In this document: positions 24,586-27,160 of the stretch, piece after piece
Numbering within the stretch: the stretch's first letter is position 1
Layout of the letters: every line of letters begins with the position of its first letter
Source: Candidatus Bipolaricaulia bacterium
Lineage (GTDB): Bacteria; Bipolaricaulota; Bipolaricaulia; RBG-16-55-9
Length of the DNA stretch: 27,160 nucleotides
Assembly: GCA_042219045.1 (NCBI GenBank)
Contig: JBDGQO010000010.1
Coordinates: 37,746 to 64,905, forward strand
Direction: 5' to 3'
The notes under the pieces: model-generated
What the model saw: only the letters and a program-made list of their open reading frames with translations
The model's database searches: none
What the model was told of the DNA's origin: nothing
Translations under genes and position numbers: made by a program

Positions 24586-25929
24586 ATGCGACCGACAGCT
24601 GAGGAAGTGATGCGATATGTGCATGACGAAGGCATCAAGTTCATTCGCCTGCAGTTCACTGATATCATGGGCATCCCGAAAAACGTCGAGATACCGGCTG
24701 AGGGATTGGACGATGTTTTAGAAAAAGGGATTGCGTTTGATGGATCGTCGATTGAAGGGTTTGTCCGAATCTCCGAGTCGGACATGTACTTGCAGCCGGA
24801 TCTGAGCACCTTCGCGATTTTCCCCTGGAGCACGGAAGGCGAGAACGGCAAGACGGCCCGGCTCATCTGCGACGTCGTCCGCCCCGACAATCAGCCCTTT
24901 GAGGGCGATCCCCGCTACACGCTGAAAAGCGTCGTCCAGCAGTCCGAAGAGATGGGCTACGACATGTACGCAGGGGCGGAGGCCGAGTTCTTCCTGTTCC
25001 GCCTCGATGAGCAGGGCCGTCCGTCGGTCGGGCTCCACGATCAGGGCGGCTACTTCGACCTCCTGCCCGTCGACTACGGCGAGGAAACGCGCAAAGACAT
25101 CGTCGTGGCGCTGGAAAACATGGGCTTTGAGGTGGAAGCGGCCCATCATGAGGTCGCCCCCAGTCAGCACGAGATCGACTTCCGCTTCGGCGACGTGCTC
25201 CACACCGCTGACAACATCGTCACGTTTCGCTTCGTGGTCAAGACGATCGCCATGATGCGTGGCTTGCATGCCACGTTCATGCCGAAGCCGCTCTTCGGCG
25301 AGAACGGCAGCGGGATGCACACGCACCTGTCGCTCTTTTCCGAGGAGCAGAACGCGTTCTACGATGCCGAGCAGCAACCCTATGGTCTCTCTGAGGTCGG
25401 CATGGGCTTCCTCGGCGGGTTGATTGAGCACATCAGCGCCATCACGGCGCTGGCCAATCCGACGGTCAACTCCTACAAGCGCCTCGTGCCCGGTTACGAG
25501 GCTCCGGTCAACATCAGCTGGGCGCGGCGGAACCGCTCCGCGCTCATCCGCATGCCGGCCAGCAATACGCCCGAGGTCTCCACGCGCATGGAGCTGCGAA
25601 GTCCCGATCCCTCGGCCAATCCGTATCTGTTGTACGCCGCGATCTTGGCGAGTGGCTTGGACGGCATCCGGCGCAGCCTGACGCCGCCCGCGGCCGTCGA
25701 GGAGAACATCTACGAGCTGACCGAGGCCCAAAAGCGAGAGAAGCAGATCGATCTGCTGCCGGGCGACCTCAGCGGATCGATTGCCGCCCTCGAGGCCGAT
25801 CAGGTCGTGCGGGATGCGCTCGGAGCCGATCTGGTGGAGAAATACGTCGAGGCCAAGCGCGAAGAGATCACCGCCTATCGGCTCAACGTCACGCGCTGGG
25901 AACTGGACCGCTACCTCGAGTATTACTGA
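24586..25929 (+). CDS. glnA: glutamine synthetase type I (GSI-alpha-like, 447 aa)
   Basis: FDGSSIEGFVRI.ESDM, HHEVAPSQHEI, ATFMPKP..G.NGSGMH, NSYKRLVPGYEAP, NRSALIR and ELRSPDP; GGAGG RBS. Confidence 0.97.
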   Translation: MRPTAEEVMRYVHDEGIKFIRLQFTDIMGIPKNVEIPAEGLDDVLEKGIAFDGSSIEGFVRISESDMYLQPDLSTFAIFPWSTEGENGKTARLICDVVRPDNQPFEGDPRYTLKSVVQQSEEMGYDMYAGAEAEFFLFRLDEQGRPSVGLHDQGGYFDLLPVDYGEETRKDIVVALENMGFEVEAAHHEVAPSQHEIDFRFGDVLHTADNIVTFRFVVKTIAMMRGLHATFMPKPLFGENGSGMHTHLSLFSEEQNAFYDAEQQPYGLSEVGMGFLGGLIEHISAITALANPTVNSYKRLVPGYEAPVNISWARRNRSALIRMPASNTPEVSTRMELRSPDPSANPYLLYAAILASGLDGIRRSLTPPAAVEENIYELTEAQKREKQIDLLPGDLSGSIAALEADQVVRDALGADLVEKYVEAKREEITAYRLNVTRWELDRYLEYY

Positions 25930-26046
25930 CCGCTGCCGAATTAGCGTCAACCGATGGTCGCAATGTTGGCCCTGCTGACGGCAACTGGCTTGACCGAACG
26001 TTCCCAGAGATCAGTGCGAGACCCAGGGCTCCCTCCCCCAACGTGG

Positions 26047-26084
26047 AGCGAGCAGGCCGCCCCGGTCGCGGCGGCCTGCTCGCT
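26047..26084. terminator. strong hairpin, probable bidirectional terminator
   Basis: Perfect 15-bp stem AGCGAGCAGGCCGCC/GGCGGCCTGCTCGCT with an 8-nt loop, between convergent genes. Confidence 0.65.
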
Positions 26085-26120
26085 TCTGTCGGCCTTGCGT
26101 CCGACGTGGTTCCATCAATA

Positions 26121-27160
26121 TTAGAACGCCAGCGAACCGCCGAGCTCGACCTCGTCCAGCCCGTCGACGTCGAACGTCGCGTCCATGGCGAGTTCCAGGG
26201 GCAGCGCTCTGGGCTTGACGACGATTGAGGTGGCCAGTTCGTCAACACGAACCCCGTCGTCGGCCTCGCGCATGCGCACGTCGGCGCCTGCCTCGAGGGG
26301 GCCGCGCTCCATGTCGCCGCCCAGGCGCAGATACGTCAGTCCGTCGTTCGGCTCAAACGTCGAGTAAAAATCCCAGGTCAGAACGACGTCGTCGCGACGG
26401 ATGGCCCACTTGCCCTCGACGTTGAGCCGATCCCAAGCGAGCGACTCGTCCAGCGTCCAGGTCATCTCGATGGGACGATGGACGAGCTTGATCTCCACAT
26501 CGTCTAGCTCCCGTTCGGGATAGATATCGTCGTAGTCGACGCCGACGGTCGCTTCCTCGACCAGGATGGCAAACGGGCCTCCGGCGGGTGGCGTCAGGGT
26601 CGCCTCGGCGTCGAGCTCACAAGCGATCGGCGGGTCCATGTCGACAGCTTCGCACTCGAGTTCGGCCTCAGCGTTCGTGGCAGGGCTTACGGGGAAATCG
26701 TCGATGGCGAGGGTCGTCTTGCTCCATGCCAGTTCGCCGGACGGGCAGACCTCGCCGGAGATGGAGCCGTCGACGAGGGAGAATCGCGCGTCGGGATCGT
26801 AGCACCAACCCGTCTGTGAGCTCAGTTTTACGCCACTCGTTGTCTCTCCCTCAACGTCCGCCACGGCACCCGCGCGCAGGCGCTGATGGCTGGCCCCGTA
26901 GCGCGCGGTGCTGGCGTCCACCTCCTCAAACGCGACGTCGTCGACAATGACGCCGAGCTCCCACTCGACCCCCTCACGCGGCAGCTCGGCATCGAGCCGA
27001 CTCCGCACCAACAGCGGCCGTCCCGGCGGGATTCGGCGATCGCCCTCAATGGGGGGCGCGAACATAAGCGACGATTCGATCGTATCTGGGGTGCCGGGTA
27101 AGCTGGCCTCCGCTTCCCATGTTGCCTCCAGTAGGCCCTGCCATCCCCAGACGTTTTCCA
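26121..27160 (-). CDS. hypothetical acidic protein, probable outer-membrane beta-barrel (5' end outside the window)
   Basis: The frame is open from the window edge (ENVWGWQGLLEATWEAE...SLMFAPP), so the ORF-track start at 27065 is internal. Alternating-polarity strands and C-terminal LGGSLAF. Confidence 0.65.
   Translation of the reverse strand, partial: ENVWGWQGLLEATWEAEASLPGTPDTIESSLMFAPPIEGDRRIPPGRPLLVRSRLDAELPREGVEWELGVIVDDVAFEEVDASTARYGASHQRLRAGAVADVEGETTSGVKLSSQTGWCYDPDARFSLVDGSISGEVCPSGELAWSKTTLAIDDFPVSPATNAEAELECEAVDMDPPIACELDAEATLTPPAGGPFAILVEEATVGVDYDDIYPERELDDVEIKLVHRPIEMTWTLDESLAWDRLNVEGKWAIRRDDVVLTWDFYSTFEPNDGLTYLRLGGDMERGPLEAGADVRMREADDGVRVDELATSIVVKPRALPLELAMDATFDVDGLDEVELGGSLAF

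Noticed and set aside
27046..27130. GGAGG-ATG on the minus strand as a start for the last gene
   Set aside because: That frame stops after 24 codons, and the main frame is open through the window edge.

Overview
High-GC bacterial chromosomal window, densely coding and mostly housekeeping or stress-metabolic. No rRNA, tRNA, CRISPR or mobile element was seen. Gene order: mraY (runs off the left edge) divergent from ispF; a fluoride-riboswitch-controlled crcB(fluc)-DUF190 operon; a peroxiredoxin-like thioredoxin; a CNNM/CBS membrane protein; a stress and triose-phosphate block (TreT-like trehalose synthase, D-lactate-dehydrogenase-like enzyme, USP, gap-pgk, MDR/quinone oxidoreductase, a decayed YhdN-like aldo-keto reductase, HAD, mgsA, class V PLP enzyme); a GNAT; greA followed by an ArcE (arginine synthetase)/cDPG-synthetase-like ATPase; then mutS2, an S8 protease, tatC, efp, asp23, amaP, DUF2273, nusB, ispE, glnA; and a 5'-truncated acidic beta-barrel-like protein. 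The proteins are very D/E-rich, suggesting a halophile. The Arg-tip EF-P, the efp-asp23-nusB order, GSI-alpha glnA and a probable outer-membrane barrel fit a deep-branching diderm such as Ca. Bipolaricaulota (inference only). The most unusual feature is a subtilisin whose catalytic domain is interrupted by a 58-aa insert (TM helix, RGRRR, second hydrophobic helix ending in an LTGC lipobox). The insert is bounded by a CACAAC direct repeat and the gene sits next to a tatC with an enlarged first external loop. Other points of interest are an ArcE-like gene outside an arc operon, a fluoride riboswitch with a translational expression platform, and several TTGnnn-17-TAnnnT promoters that imply leaderless mRNAs.
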